Positions 34,827 through 49,089 are shown, counted from the first letter of the stretch. The stretch: DNA of 64,000 bases from an uncultured delta proteobacterium (GCA_963727625.1 CAVSHR010000006.1:256001-320000); one strand, 5' to 3'. A program made the numbers and translations. Notes: generated by a model not told the origin, from the sequence alone.

Positions 34827-35188
34827 ACTCCGCACCGGCCCGATGGTTTGACCAAGATCTTTGCCAATTCATCTTCGATGCTTTTGTCGGCCAAGTTGGC
34901 AGCGCTCTTGCGCGCGATCACGAGGATATCGACATTCGGACGAAGCTCTGAGCGGCGACGGCGAAAAAATTCGCGGATTCGCCGTTTGATTTGATTGCGC
35001 ACCACGGAGTTGCCCACCTTGCCGCTGACGGTAATTCCCAGCCGCGCTCCGCGCTGGTCATTAGCGCCGCTGATCACGACGAAATTGGCCGAGTGAGACT
35101 TGGCGCCGGTCCGCGATATTTTTAGAAATTCCGCTCGTTTTAGCAGCCGCGCCGTCTTCGGGAAACTCTCGCTCCCTTGCCGTGCCAT
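34823..35188 (-). CDS. rnpA: Ribonuclease P protein component
   Basis: RLGITVSGKVGNSVVRNQIKRRIRE. Confidence 0.93.
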   Translation of the reverse strand: MARQGSESFPKTARLLKRAEFLKISRTGAKSHSANFVVISGANDQRGARLGITVSGKVGNSVVRNQIKRRIREFFRRRRSELRPNVDILVIARKSAANLADKSIEDELAKILVKPSGRCGV

Positions 35189-35201
35189 TCCTCTGCTAAG
35201 A

Positions 35202-35363
35202 TCAGCTGCGCGCCCGCTTCGGCGGCACGGAAACCGTCAATCGTTTGCGTCCTTTAGCGCGGCGCCGTTTGAGCACCTTGCGTCCGCCCGGCGTTTCCAT
35301 GCGTGTGAGAAACCCATGGGTGCGTTTTCTACGTATGTTGCTCGGTTGATAGGTTCGCTTCAT
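35202..35363 (-). CDS. rpmH: 50S ribosomal protein L34
   Basis: [22 protein letters not shown]...[10 protein letters not shown]. Confidence 0.98.
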   Translation of the reverse strand: MKRTYQPSNIRRKRTHGFLTRMETPGGRKVLKRRRAKGRKRLTVSVPPKRARS

Positions 35364-35402
35364 AGAAACATTACTCCCTCGGGCCGCTTCAACGGCCAAG
35401 TG

Positions 35403-35435
35403 ATTATATCAATCATACCGACCTGGTCTTGTCAA
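35403..35435 (-). promoter_or_regulatory. rpmH promoter (extended -10)
   Basis: TG-a-TATAAT on the minus strand. A TTGACA lies 21 nt upstream, a non-canonical spacing. Confidence 0.5.
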
Positions 35436-35437
35436 TT

Positions 35438-36445
35438 TTACTCGGTCTCAGCTTTTAACGAGCGCTGCATCAAGTCTTGCACCGCTTGGGCCGGTTTTTT
35501 GCCGGCATAGAGCACTTCGTACATCTGCTCGACAATCGGCATCTCGACTTCGAGTCGCCGGGCCAAAGCGTAAAGCGAGCGCGTGTTCCGCACCCCTTCG
35601 GCGATCATCCGTGTCGAGCCGGTAATTTCCTTCAGACCCTTGCCTGCGGCGATCTGTAAACCGACGTTGCGATTTCGACTGAGATCGCCGACGCAGGTAA
35701 GAATCAAGTCGCCCAAACCCGGCAGGCCCGCCAAGGTCAGCGGGTCCGCGCCCATACGCACCGCCAGCCGCGTCATTTCCGCGAGCCCCCTTGTTATCAA
35801 CGCCGCTCGGGCGTTTTGTCCCAACATTAAGCCATCGCTGATACCGGCGGCGATCGCGATGACGTTTTTAACCACCCCGCCCATCTGCACGCCGATCACG
35901 TCGGTCGAGGTGTAGACCCGCAAATTGGGCGTGCTGAGAATCTTCTGAATCGCCCGCGCCACCGCATCGTCGTAGGCCGCTACGGTCACCGCGGCCGGGA
36001 GCCTACGCGCGACTTCGCTGGCAAAGGTCGGGCCAGATAGAAATGCGTGGAGTCGCTTGCGCTCGGTGCCGAAGAGATCCACGAAAAGCTCGCCCATGGT
36101 CTTCTGGCTGCCCTCCTCCAGCCCCTTGGTGGCGCATAAAATCATCGCCTCGGCGCCGACCTTTGAGGCGACCCGCGATAAAACCTCGTGCACGACGTGG
36201 GACGGCAACGCGCAAATGATTAGGTTTTTACCCGCGACGGTTTCGTCGACGGACTGACTTGCAATGACAGCTTGCGGGAGCGTGACCCCAGGAAGATAAA
36301 TACCATTTTCCCGGCTTTCAACAATCGCGCGCAAGCTCTCGGCACCGTGGCACCAGAGCGTGACGCGCTCGCCCTTTTCGGCGACCACCTTGGCCAGGGC
36401 CGTGCCCCAGCCGCCGGCGCCTAAAATTCCGATCTCTGTTGCCAT
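35438..36445 (-). CDS. gpsA: NAD(P)H-dependent glycerol-3-phosphate dehydrogenase
   Basis: GAGGWGTAL, SGPTFASEV, KNVIAIAAG and GLGDLILTC...SRN motifs. Confidence 0.96.
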   Translation of the reverse strand: MATEIGILGAGGWGTALAKVVAEKGERVTLWCHGAESLRAIVESRENGIYLPGVTLPQAVIASQSVDETVAGKNLIICALPSHVVHEVLSRVASKVGAEAMILCATKGLEEGSQKTMGELFVDLFGTERKRLHAFLSGPTFASEVARRLPAAVTVAAYDDAVARAIQKILSTPNLRVYTSTDVIGVQMGGVVKNVIAIAAGISDGLMLGQNARAALITRGLAEMTRLAVRMGADPLTLAGLPGLGDLILTCVGDLSRNRNVGLQIAAGKGLKEITGSTRMIAEGVRNTRSLYALARRLEVEMPIVEQMYEVLYAGKKPAQAVQDLMQRSLKAETE

Positions 36446-36525
36446 GAACCACTTGGCCGGCAATCACGATGGGTGGACGGAGCGTTGACAATTTGCAATC
36501 GCACTTTGCCGCAGCGACGCACCCC

Positions 36526-38976
<2,451 letters not shown>

Positions 38977-39014
38977 GTATAACTCGCTCGTCCGATTTGC
39001 TTGAGAATTTTAAG

Positions 39015-39060
39015 TGTTCAAACGACTTGAACGTTTGGAACTATTTGAACGGTCTAAACC
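39015..39060. repeat. Degenerate 9-mer TTGAAC array between gyrB and gyrA
   Basis: gttcaaacgac-ttgaacgtt-tggaactat-ttgaacggt-ctaaacc. Confidence 0.6.
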
Positions 39061-39067
39061 CTTTTCT

Positions 39068-41503
<2,436 letters not shown>

Positions 41504-41733
41504 CTAGCGCAATTTTGATATTTTTACTGTAAAGTTCCGGGGTTAGAAAGATTTACCAGCATCTTAAATCGTACCTGAAACGGGGCCAAAAGTAAAGCGC
41601 CAACTGTTTCTCAAGTATTTGAAATTTATAGACAATTTTCCCCTTCTTGGGATTCCTGAGAAAACCGCGCGAAAAGCTGCTGTTTTTCCGCCAACAGTTG
41701 ACAGCATAGGGCCTGTAAGCGAAAAGGAATGCC

Positions 41734-42441
41734 GTGCAAACTCTATCGGCGGCCTTTAAATATTTGACGATTTGGAGCTACTTTGCCGCCGTTCAACCGG
41801 CTCTAGCAACCGTTGGCAAGGCAGCGGTTTTTTTTCCTTTGGTCGGATTGGCGGTCGGCTTGACGCTGGCGTTTTCTAACTATCTTCTCGCGCCTTATCT
41901 TCATCCGGAAATTTTAAGCGTCTCCCTTGTGACCCTGTTAATCGCGGCCACCGGTGCTCGTCATCTCGAAGGATTACGACGCACGTTCGCCGCTAGCGCG
42001 GCCAAATCCACAAGCCAAGACGGCCGAGAAAATGACAGCTTGGGTTTTGCCGTACTCTTGGTGGTGATTCTTTTCAAGATCGCCGCCGCCGGCAGCATCG
42101 ATGAAAAACTCGCGTTGAGCTTGTTACTCACGCCGCTTTTCGCGCGCTGGGGGTTGGTCATTTTTCTCTACGGCTACCAGACCCGCTTCGACGAGACGCT
42201 CAGACTCATCGCCGCGCAGATTCGACTACGGCATTTACTGATCAGCACTTTGACAACTCTTGCTCTGGCGGTCTATTTTCTCGGCCGCAGAGGGCTCCGG
42301 ATCGGCCTAGTGCTGTCGCTTTTTGCTCTGCTGACGCGCAGCCTGCTCCATCGACGCCATGGCGTTCTCACGCACGACCACGTCGGCGCCATTGTCGAGC
42401 TTGGCGAAGCGCTCAGCTTGGTTCTGCTAGCTTCGCTCTGA
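41734..42441 (+). CDS. cobS: CobS-like (adenosylcobinamide-GDP ribazoletransferase family) membrane protein with degenerate motifs
   Basis: AAFKYLT, FFPLVG, TGARHLEG and GVLTHDHVGAIVELGE match the CobS layout, and it neighbours the B12 genes. Confidence 0.7.
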   Translation: MQTLSAAFKYLTIWSYFAAVQPALATVGKAAVFFPLVGLAVGLTLAFSNYLLAPYLHPEILSVSLVTLLIAATGARHLEGLRRTFAASAAKSTSQDGRENDSLGFAVLLVVILFKIAAAGSIDEKLALSLLLTPLFARWGLVIFLYGYQTRFDETLRLIAAQIRLRHLLISTLTTLALAVYFLGRRGLRIGLVLSLFALLTRSLLHRRHGVLTHDHVGAIVELGEALSLVLLASL

Positions 42442-42466
42442 ACCACAACCCCCGCGCTCTTTGGAC

Positions 42467-43342
42467 ATGGAACTATTCAAGCCCCTCTCTCCCGTTATTC
42501 CGGTATTTCTGTTGATCGGGTTGGGATTCGCTTTTGCCCACTGGAAAAAGATCAGCCTCACATCCGTAACCGAGATTATCGTTTACTTGGGCACGCCCTC
42601 CTTGGTGTTCGGGTCGCTTGCGAGCAAGCCGCTTTTTGCCGCCGATATCGCCGTATTGTTTTGCGGCATTTTCGTTATCTTCGCACTCGTCGGCTTGCTC
42701 GTGGGGGTGTATTTTTTTTGTTTTGGATTTGTCTCGCGCGGTTTCGCGCTTCCCTCACTGTTCATGAACGCTGGAAACATGGGCATTCCGCTGGCGTTGT
42801 TCGCATTCGGTCAAGCCGGTTTTCAGCGTGCAACGTTGATGTTCGTGATGCTCACATTTCTGCAATATTCGTTGGGCATTTATATCTTGAACGGGCGCGG
42901 CAACTGGGCGGAAATATTTCGCCTGCCTTTGATTTATGCGGCGATGGCGGGGCTCGCGGTCAATCTCGCCCAGGTCAAGATTCCCGAGCTGCTCATGCAA
43001 CCAATCGTGATGCTCGGCCAAGCAACGATCCCGATCATGCTCATCAGTCTCGGTTACCGCCTGCATCAAGTGGAATCCCTGCAGTGGGGACATGCGGTGG
43101 GCGGCGCGCTGGTCCGCATTCTGGGAGGCTTTACCGCCGCCAATGTCGCGGTGCTTTTGATCGGCGCCCAGGGCGTCAACCGCCAGGTCTTGCTGCTTTA
43201 CGGCGCCCTTCCCGCCGCCGTCATCAACTTCGTCTTGACCGAGAAGTATAAACAAGATCCGGCCTTGGCCGCGTCGATCGTCGTGATCAGCACATTTATC
43301 TCGGTTTTCACAACCCCGATCGTATTTTGGATTATCCTTTAA
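42467..43342 (+). CDS. AEC family (auxin efflux carrier-like) transporter
   Basis: MNAGNMGIPLALFAFG, IPIMLISLG and LPAAVINF motifs. Confidence 0.85.
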   Translation: MELFKPLSPVIPVFLLIGLGFAFAHWKKISLTSVTEIIVYLGTPSLVFGSLASKPLFAADIAVLFCGIFVIFALVGLLVGVYFFCFGFVSRGFALPSLFMNAGNMGIPLALFAFGQAGFQRATLMFVMLTFLQYSLGIYILNGRGNWAEIFRLPLIYAAMAGLAVNLAQVKIPELLMQPIVMLGQATIPIMLISLGYRLHQVESLQWGHAVGGALVRILGGFTAANVAVLLIGAQGVNRQVLLLYGALPAAVINFVLTEKYKQDPALAASIVVISTFISVFTTPIVFWIIL

Positions 43343-43395
43343 ACCCGAAATTTTTCAGTCGAAACCAACGCATCGGCGCGCCGCCCGAGAAACTC

Positions 43396-43424
43396 TTGAC
43401 AGCATACTTCGTCCGTTATAGTTT
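43396..43424 (+). promoter_or_regulatory. Sigma70 promoter upstream of riboswitch 1
   Basis: TTGACA-17-TAGTTT, with an overlapping TATAGT. Confidence 0.55.
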
Positions 43425-43443
43425 TCGCCTACATTAGTCCAAG

Positions 43444-43599
43444 GCTCTGGGATCAAAGGGAAGTCCGGTGCAAATCCGGCGCGGTCCCGCCACTGTGACG
43501 GCTACGAAAGCCGCAAGCAGCCACTGTCCTAAGCGTCGTTGAAGGATGGGAAGGCGCGGCGAGTAGAAAAAAGCCTAAGTCAGGAAACCTGCCCAGAGC
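43444..43599 (+). ncRNA. Cobalamin riboswitch 1 (upstream of tonB)
   Basis: AGGGAAGTCCGGTGCAAATCCGGCGCGGTCCCGCCACTGT, GCCACTG...GGGAAGG, B12 box AGTCAGGAAACCT, closing stem gctctggg/cccagagc. Confidence 0.93.
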
Positions 43600-43677
43600 G
43601 TAACGACCGGCCTCTCCGGAGAAGAGAGAAAGGTACCTTTACTTTCCCTTTGGGTTTGAGGCCGGCAGTATAAGGCT

Positions 43678-44439
43678 ATGCGATCGGCCGTATTTTTTAT
43701 TCTATCGTTGGCGTTGCATATCGGCGCACTGCTCTACCCGCTTTCTTTTGCCGTGCCGGCGCGGGAACGATTGATCCCCGTGACGATTGTCGCCGCGGAA
43801 CGAGCGCCGATCGGAGCGCTGGATGTTCTAAAGAGCGGCGCCGGGAAAGCTAGTGATAGTTTACAATCGGCCCCGCCGCGCCCGTTGGCGCAGCCAATTG
43901 CAAGAAGACTTTTCGATGATTTGCCGACGACGCCGGATCCCCCTTCCGAACTGGATGCCACAGCACCTAATGAAAGCCCGATCGCGCTCGTCAGCGAAGT
44001 GTCACAGGCCGCGAAAATCAACAGCCGTACGGTCTTCGGTTCGGCGCCAAACGCCTTGGCTCGCTACGGCGGAAATGTCGGAGGCTCAACGCAGGGTGGC
44101 GGAAGGGGAGCGGGCTCGGGAAGCGGCCGCGGTAAAGCCGCGGGTGGCATCGTCCTTAGCCAAGCCCGATTGAACGAAACGCCGCGGCCGGTATATCCGG
44201 AAAGCGCCCGGCGCGAGGGCCTGGAAGGACGGGTTTTGCTAAGGGTCCTAGTCGACGATCGAGGTCGTGCGAAAACCGTAGAAATAAACACAAGCTCTGG
44301 AAATGAAGTGCTGGACCGCGCCGCCGCCGAAGCGATAAAGCGCTGGCGTTTTTACCCGGCGCGCTACGGCGATCGCGCGGTTGAAAGTTGGGTTAAGATT
44401 CCGATCGAGTTCGCGCTGGCAAATGCCAACGCGCGATAG
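43678..44439 (+). CDS. tonB: Energy transducer TonB
   Basis: TM with SLALH, Pro/Gly-rich linker, TonB C-terminus YPESARREGLEGRV...SSG...LD.AA...WRF.P. Confidence 0.85.
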   Translation: MRSAVFFILSLALHIGALLYPLSFAVPARERLIPVTIVAAERAPIGALDVLKSGAGKASDSLQSAPPRPLAQPIARRLFDDLPTTPDPPSELDATAPNESPIALVSEVSQAAKINSRTVFGSAPNALARYGGNVGGSTQGGGRGAGSGSGRGKAAGGIVLSQARLNETPRPVYPESARREGLEGRVLLRVLVDDRGRAKTVEINTSSGNEVLDRAAAEAIKRWRFYPARYGDRAVESWVKIPIEFALANANAR

Positions 44440-44484
44440 TCATTCCAAGAAAGGAGGTTTACGAAGCAAGCAGCTATAATTAAC

Positions 44485-44816
44485 CGCAGGCGGATATAAG
44501 GGAAAGGGGTGACTCCGTAAAGGATAAAGGCAGAAGGCGAAAGGATGGAAAATGATTTCATCCTTTATCCCTTATTCTTCATCCTTTCCGGAAATTCCCC
44601 TGCTGCCCCGCAACTGTAAGAGCTACGAAAGCCGCAGAACACTGCCACTGCTCAAATTGATTTGCGAATTTGGGTTTTTGAATTTGGCCTCAATCCAAAA
44701 TCGGCAATCTGAAATCCAAAATCGACGGGTGGGAAGGCGCGGCAAGTAGGTTTGAAGCTCAAGCCAGGAGACCTATCCGGTCTGCGCCAACGACTCCCCT
44801 TTCGCGGGAAAAGGAG
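44485..44816 (+). ncRNA. Cobalamin riboswitch 2 (upstream of btuB) with two inserted hairpins and an RBS-sequestering stem
   Basis: AGGGAAAGGGGTGA[insert]AATTCCCCTGCTGCCCCGCAACTGT, GCCACTG[insert]GGGAAGG, AGCCAGGAGACCT. Downstream stem ctcccctttc-gcggg-aaaaggag covers the SD. Confidence 0.88.
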
Positions 44817-44821
44817 ATTTT

Positions 44822-46894
44822 ATGCGGTTCGGTTTTGTCTTTTTGGTCTTAGTTCTGTTGGCGCCCGTCGAACTGCGCGGCGCCGAAACACCTGAAGTTA
44901 CGTTTCCGACGGTTTTCGTAAATTCCACACGTCTGCGCGACGTCGAACAGCCGGAAACCCAGGTGCCCGGCAAGGTCATCGTTCTCACCGCCGATGACAT
45001 CGAAAAATCGGGCGCCAAGACCGTTCAGGAAGTTCTGCAATACCAAACCGGCATCGTGCTCTACGATCCGATCGGCAACGAGTTTCAACAGACCATCGAT
45101 TTGCGCGGCTTTAACGGCCAGCCGGTGACCTCCACCAGCGTATTCGTCGACGGCGTGCGCATCAACGAGCCCGATTTCAACACGATCAATTTCGATTTAG
45201 TTCCTGCCGAGGATATCGAGCGCATTGAGATCATGCCAGGCACGGCGACGGTCTTCGGCCGCAACGCCCTCGGCGGCGTAATCAACATCACGACCAAACG
45301 CGGGCGACGCGACCGGCCGCATGTCGGAATCGATATCGGCAGCGGCAGCTACGCGCGGCAGAGGTATTCATTCACTACCGACGGTCCTTTGCCGCTGGCG
45401 AATCTAGACTATTACTTCGGTGTGACGCGCGAGTTGAGCAATGGCTTCAGGGAGGAAAACGGCGACCGCATGGCCGGAGCGAGAATTACCCGGCTGGCGG
45501 CGAAACTTGGCTACCGCCTCGGCGACGCCACCGATGCGACGCTGTCGTATACCCATGTGCTGGATCATCTCAGCCAAGCCGGTTCGTTGCCGGCCAGCCG
45601 GCTCCGTATCGACCGCAACGACAATCTCACGCCCGGAGATGTTTCGGCGAGCAACCTCGATCTGGTTGTCCTGAACGTTCGGCAAAAACTGCCCGTCGGC
45701 TTTTCCCTCGCCTTAAACGGCTTCGTTCGTAATAATCAACAAAAGCTTTTTGTCAGAGGCGTGACCACCGAGTCGACGCTGCGCACCGATATTGTATCCG
45801 GCGGCACGACGGCTCAGCTAACCCATGAGGGAAATATCTTGCGCCGAAGAAACCTCGCCACCGCCGGTTTCGAGTTCAGCCGTAACCAATTCGACATCCA
45901 AAACTCCGGAGTTTTTTTTCCAGCCTTTTCATTCCTGTCACGCCAAGCCACGGCAGACAATGTTCTGGGCGCTTACCTCACCGATAATTTTAATCTCTTC
46001 GAATCGTTGGTGCTCAATGCCGGCTTTCGCTACGATTGGGATAGCCTCGATTTCACCGACAAGCTCGATTCGAGTTTGGATGGCAAAATCAAGTTCAGCC
46101 GTTTCAGTCCTAAAGCGGGCCTGGTCTATTCTCCGGTCAAGAATTGGCAAGCCTCCTTCAGCTATTCCGAAGGGATTCGCATCCCGACGGTAACCGAAAT
46201 ATTTGCCCAAGGCCCCTTCGGCTCGAACCCCGATCTGGTGCCTATGAAAAGCCGCAACTTCGAACTCGGCGTCAAAGGGCGACCGACCGACTGGCTAGAA
46301 GCTTCGCTGGCGGTTTTTTACATGCCGGTGCGCGACGAGATCTTTTTTATCGCTACCAATCCGCTCGACCCCTTTTCGGGCCGCAACGAGAACATCGATA
46401 AGACTCTGCGCAGAGGCATCGAGCTCGCGCTCAACGCCCGCTACGACAAGTGGCTCGACGGTTTTATCAACTATACTTTTACGAAGGCGACTTTCGACGG
46501 CGATTTCTTCGTGCCGGGAATCGATTTTCTCGATCCGCCGCGCTTGGTCAAAAAAGGCGACGAGCTGCCCCTGGTGCCGCGCCACCGGATCGGAGTGGGC
46601 ATCAATACCAGGCCCTTAGCAGGGCTGAAGCTCTCGCTCTTCGGTAGCTACGTCGGCGAACAGTTTCAGCTGCGCGACGAGCCCAATCAGGCCAAGAAAC
46701 TGGCGAGTTATTTTGTTTTGAACAGCCGGATCGCCTATCAATGGCGCGAATGGACCGCCCACGTCGAGCTCAACAATCTCACCGACCGCAAGTATTCGAC
46801 TTCGGGGATTCTCGTCGGCGCGCCTTTCAATGAGTCCTTCCGCGTTCCAGCGCCGGGATTTAATCTATTCGCGGGGTTGTCGTTTAAGTATTGA
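44822..46894 (+). CDS. btuB: TonB-dependent receptor, probable corrinoid importer
   Basis: Signal peptide, TonB-box-like TVFVNS, plug IERIEIMPG...ALGGVINITT, NNLTDRKY, aromatic C-terminus, and a B12 riboswitch upstream. Confidence 0.8.
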   Translation: MRFGFVFLVLVLLAPVELRGAETPEVTFPTVFVNSTRLRDVEQPETQVPGKVIVLTADDIEKSGAKTVQEVLQYQTGIVLYDPIGNEFQQTIDLRGFNGQPVTSTSVFVDGVRINEPDFNTINFDLVPAEDIERIEIMPGTATVFGRNALGGVINITTKRGRRDRPHVGIDIGSGSYARQRYSFTTDGPLPLANLDYYFGVTRELSNGFREENGDRMAGARITRLAAKLGYRLGDATDATLSYTHVLDHLSQAGSLPASRLRIDRNDNLTPGDVSASNLDLVVLNVRQKLPVGFSLALNGFVRNNQQKLFVRGVTTESTLRTDIVSGGTTAQLTHEGNILRRRNLATAGFEFSRNQFDIQNSGVFFPAFSFLSRQATADNVLGAYLTDNFNLFESLVLNAGFRYDWDSLDFTDKLDSSLDGKIKFSRFSPKAGLVYSPVKNWQASFSYSEGIRIPTVTEIFAQGPFGSNPDLVPMKSRNFELGVKGRPTDWLEASLAVFYMPVRDEIFFIATNPLDPFSGRNENIDKTLRRGIELALNARYDKWLDGFINYTFTKATFDGDFFVPGIDFLDPPRLVKKGDELPLVPRHRIGVGINTRPLAGLKLSLFGSYVGEQFQLRDEPNQAKKLASYFVLNSRIAYQWREWTAHVELNNLTDRKYSTSGILVGAPFNESFRVPAPGFNLFAGLSFKY

Positions 46895-46904
46895 GGGAAA
46901 GCCC

Positions 46905-48467
46905 ATGGCCAAAGCGATCATGGTGATGGGGACGGCGTCCGATGTCGGCAAGAGCGTCATCGCCGCGGGTCTGTGCCGTCTGCTTTACCGCAAGGGTATT
47001 CACGTCGCGCCATTCAAGGCGCAGAACATGTCGCTCAACTCCTTTGTTACCCTTGACGGCGGCGAGATGGGACGCGCCCAGGTGCTCCAGGCCGAGGCCT
47101 GCGGCCTCTCGCCTCACGTCGACATGAATCCGATCTTGCTCAAGCCTGAGAGCGACACCTGCTCGCAAGTCATCGTGCATGGAAAAGTTTGGGCCAAGCA
47201 TGACGCGAGAAAGTATTTCGCGCGCCATGAGGAATTGGTAGGATTTATCGAAGCAAGTTACCGGCGGCTCGCACGCGCTCATGAAGTGATAGTTATCGAA
47301 GGCGCCGGCAGTGCCGCGGAAGTCAATCTGCGCGATAAGGATCTGGTAAACTGGCCCGTGGCCGAGATGGCGAACGCGGACGTGCTCCTGGTCGCTGACA
47401 TCGACCGCGGCGGCGTGTTCGCCCAAGTGATCGGCACCTTGGACCTGCTCGGGCCGGCCGAGCGACGCCGTGTGGTTGGCGTCATCATCAATAAGTTCCG
47501 TGGCGATCGTTCATTATTCGCTGACGGCGTCGTCTTTCTGGAAAATCGCACGGGACTGCCAATCATCGGAGTGATCCCGTTCGACCGCGATCTAAGGCTC
47601 GATCAGGAAGACAGTTTGGAGATCGAGCGCTACCGCCACACGCCGTTTACCGCGAATACGGTGAACATCGCCGTCGTGTTACTGCCGCATATGAGCAACT
47701 TCACCGACTTCAACGCGCTGGCGGCGGAACCGGATGTCGCACTGCGCTACGTCGCGGCGCCGTCGGAGCTGCGCGGGACCGATGCGGTTATTTTACCGGG
47801 GAGCAAGAATACCATCGCGAATCTCGATGATTTGCTCGATCGGGGATTCGACGCGGCCCTCGACGATCATCTCAAAGCAGGCGGCGAGCTCGCCGGGATC
47901 TGCGCCGGCTTGCAAATGCTCGGACGCGCCATCGCCGATCCGCATGGCGTCGAGAGCGGCGGAGAACGGCGCGCCCTGGGTTTGCTTGATGTGATCACGG
48001 AGCTCGCCGAGACCAAGCACACCGCGCAGGTCGTGGCCCGCCCGATCAATGAATTCGTCTCAGGCGCTGGTAACGTCAGGGGCTACGAAATCCACATGGG
48101 ACGAACTGAAAGAGGAGCCGATTCCCCTTGTTTTGAGATTCTCCAACGCACTGGCAGCACAAAAGAATTTGCTAACGTGGCCAATGAGCTTCTTGACGGG
48201 GCGGTTAGCGGCAACGGACTGGTCTGGGGCACTTATATCCACGGCGTTTTCGACAGTCCGGGTTTTCGTCGCCAATGGTTGAATCGGATTCGCGCGCGAA
48301 AGGTTCTCGAACCGCTCGCCGTCAGCGTGTCGGAAAGGGTCAGCGCGCGGCTCACGGCCACCATTGACCGTTGGGCGAATCATCTCGAGCGCCACCTAAA
48401 CATGACGCCGATTCTTTCCGGCATCGCCGCCGCGCATCCGTGTAGCGCCGCTGCGACTGATTTGTAA
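46905..48467 (+). CDS. cobQ: Cobyric acid synthase
   Basis: GTASDVGKS, PFKAQNMSLNS, MNPILLKP, EGAGS, SNFTDF, GICAGLQMLG and TYIHG motifs. Confidence 0.95.
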   Translation: MAKAIMVMGTASDVGKSVIAAGLCRLLYRKGIHVAPFKAQNMSLNSFVTLDGGEMGRAQVLQAEACGLSPHVDMNPILLKPESDTCSQVIVHGKVWAKHDARKYFARHEELVGFIEASYRRLARAHEVIVIEGAGSAAEVNLRDKDLVNWPVAEMANADVLLVADIDRGGVFAQVIGTLDLLGPAERRRVVGVIINKFRGDRSLFADGVVFLENRTGLPIIGVIPFDRDLRLDQEDSLEIERYRHTPFTANTVNIAVVLLPHMSNFTDFNALAAEPDVALRYVAAPSELRGTDAVILPGSKNTIANLDDLLDRGFDAALDDHLKAGGELAGICAGLQMLGRAIADPHGVESGGERRALGLLDVITELAETKHTAQVVARPINEFVSGAGNVRGYEIHMGRTERGADSPCFEILQRTGSTKEFANVANELLDGAVSGNGLVWGTYIHGVFDSPGFRRQWLNRIRARKVLEPLAVSVSERVSARLTATIDRWANHLERHLNMTPILSGIAAAHPCSAAATDL

Positions 48468-48514
48468 GAAAATTGGAAACCTGGTAATTAACAAACCCAC
48501 TAACGGAGGTCCTT

Positions 48515-49030
48515 ATGAAACCACGCGCCGTACTGTTACTCGCAATTATTTTTGGAGCGGTCGCTTTACGCCTCTTGCCCCACCCCTCGAATTTTACGCC
48601 CATCGGCGCTCTGGCTTTGTTCGCCGGGGCCCATTTCGACGATAAACGCCGGGCTTTCGTCCTGCCGCTGGCGGCGATGCTGTTAAGCGATCTCTTGATC
48701 GGATTCCACGGCCAGATGCCGATTATTTACGGCGCCTTTGCAGTCATCGTCGGCATGGGCTTTCTGCTGCGTGAAAAAAGGACCGCGCCGCGCGTCGCTG
48801 CGGCATCGGTCGGCGCGGCGACATTCTTCTTTTTCGTATCTAATTTTGCCGTGTGGGCGTTTGACGGGCTCTATCCGATGACCATCCAGGGCTTGGTCAC
48901 CTGCTACATCGCCGCCATTCCGTTTTTTCAGAACTGGCTGCTCGGCACGCTCTTTTTCGCCGCGGTACTTTTCGGCGGCTTCTCCCTCGCTGAAAGAAAG
49001 ATTTCCGTTCTCGCTCCGGCTCGCGCGTGA
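48515..49030 (+). CDS. DUF6580 / BtuM-like solitary S-component membrane transporter
   Basis: RLLPHPSNFTPIGALALFAG, LLSDL, FFVSNF and CYIAAIPFF motifs. About 6 TM. Last gene of a B12-riboswitch unit. Confidence 0.65.
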   Translation: MKPRAVLLLAIIFGAVALRLLPHPSNFTPIGALALFAGAHFDDKRRAFVLPLAAMLLSDLLIGFHGQMPIIYGAFAVIVGMGFLLREKRTAPRVAAASVGAATFFFFVSNFAVWAFDGLYPMTIQGLVTCYIAAIPFFQNWLLGTLFFAAVLFGGFSLAERKISVLAPARA

Positions 49031-49055
49031 CGCTTTAATCTCTCAATTCGTCGTC

Positions 49056-49088
49056 GAATCAGCTGAATCGCTGAGTGGCTAAATGCTG
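49056..49088. repeat. Degenerate 8-mer array between convergent genes
   Basis: gaatcagct-gaatcgct-gagtggct-aaatgct. Confidence 0.35.
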
Positions 49089-49089
49089 C

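Noticed and set aside
41504-41733. AT-rich spacer upstream of gyrB as oriC
   Set aside because: No DnaA-box cluster was seen and no dnaA is adjacent. It is explained as a divergent promoter region.
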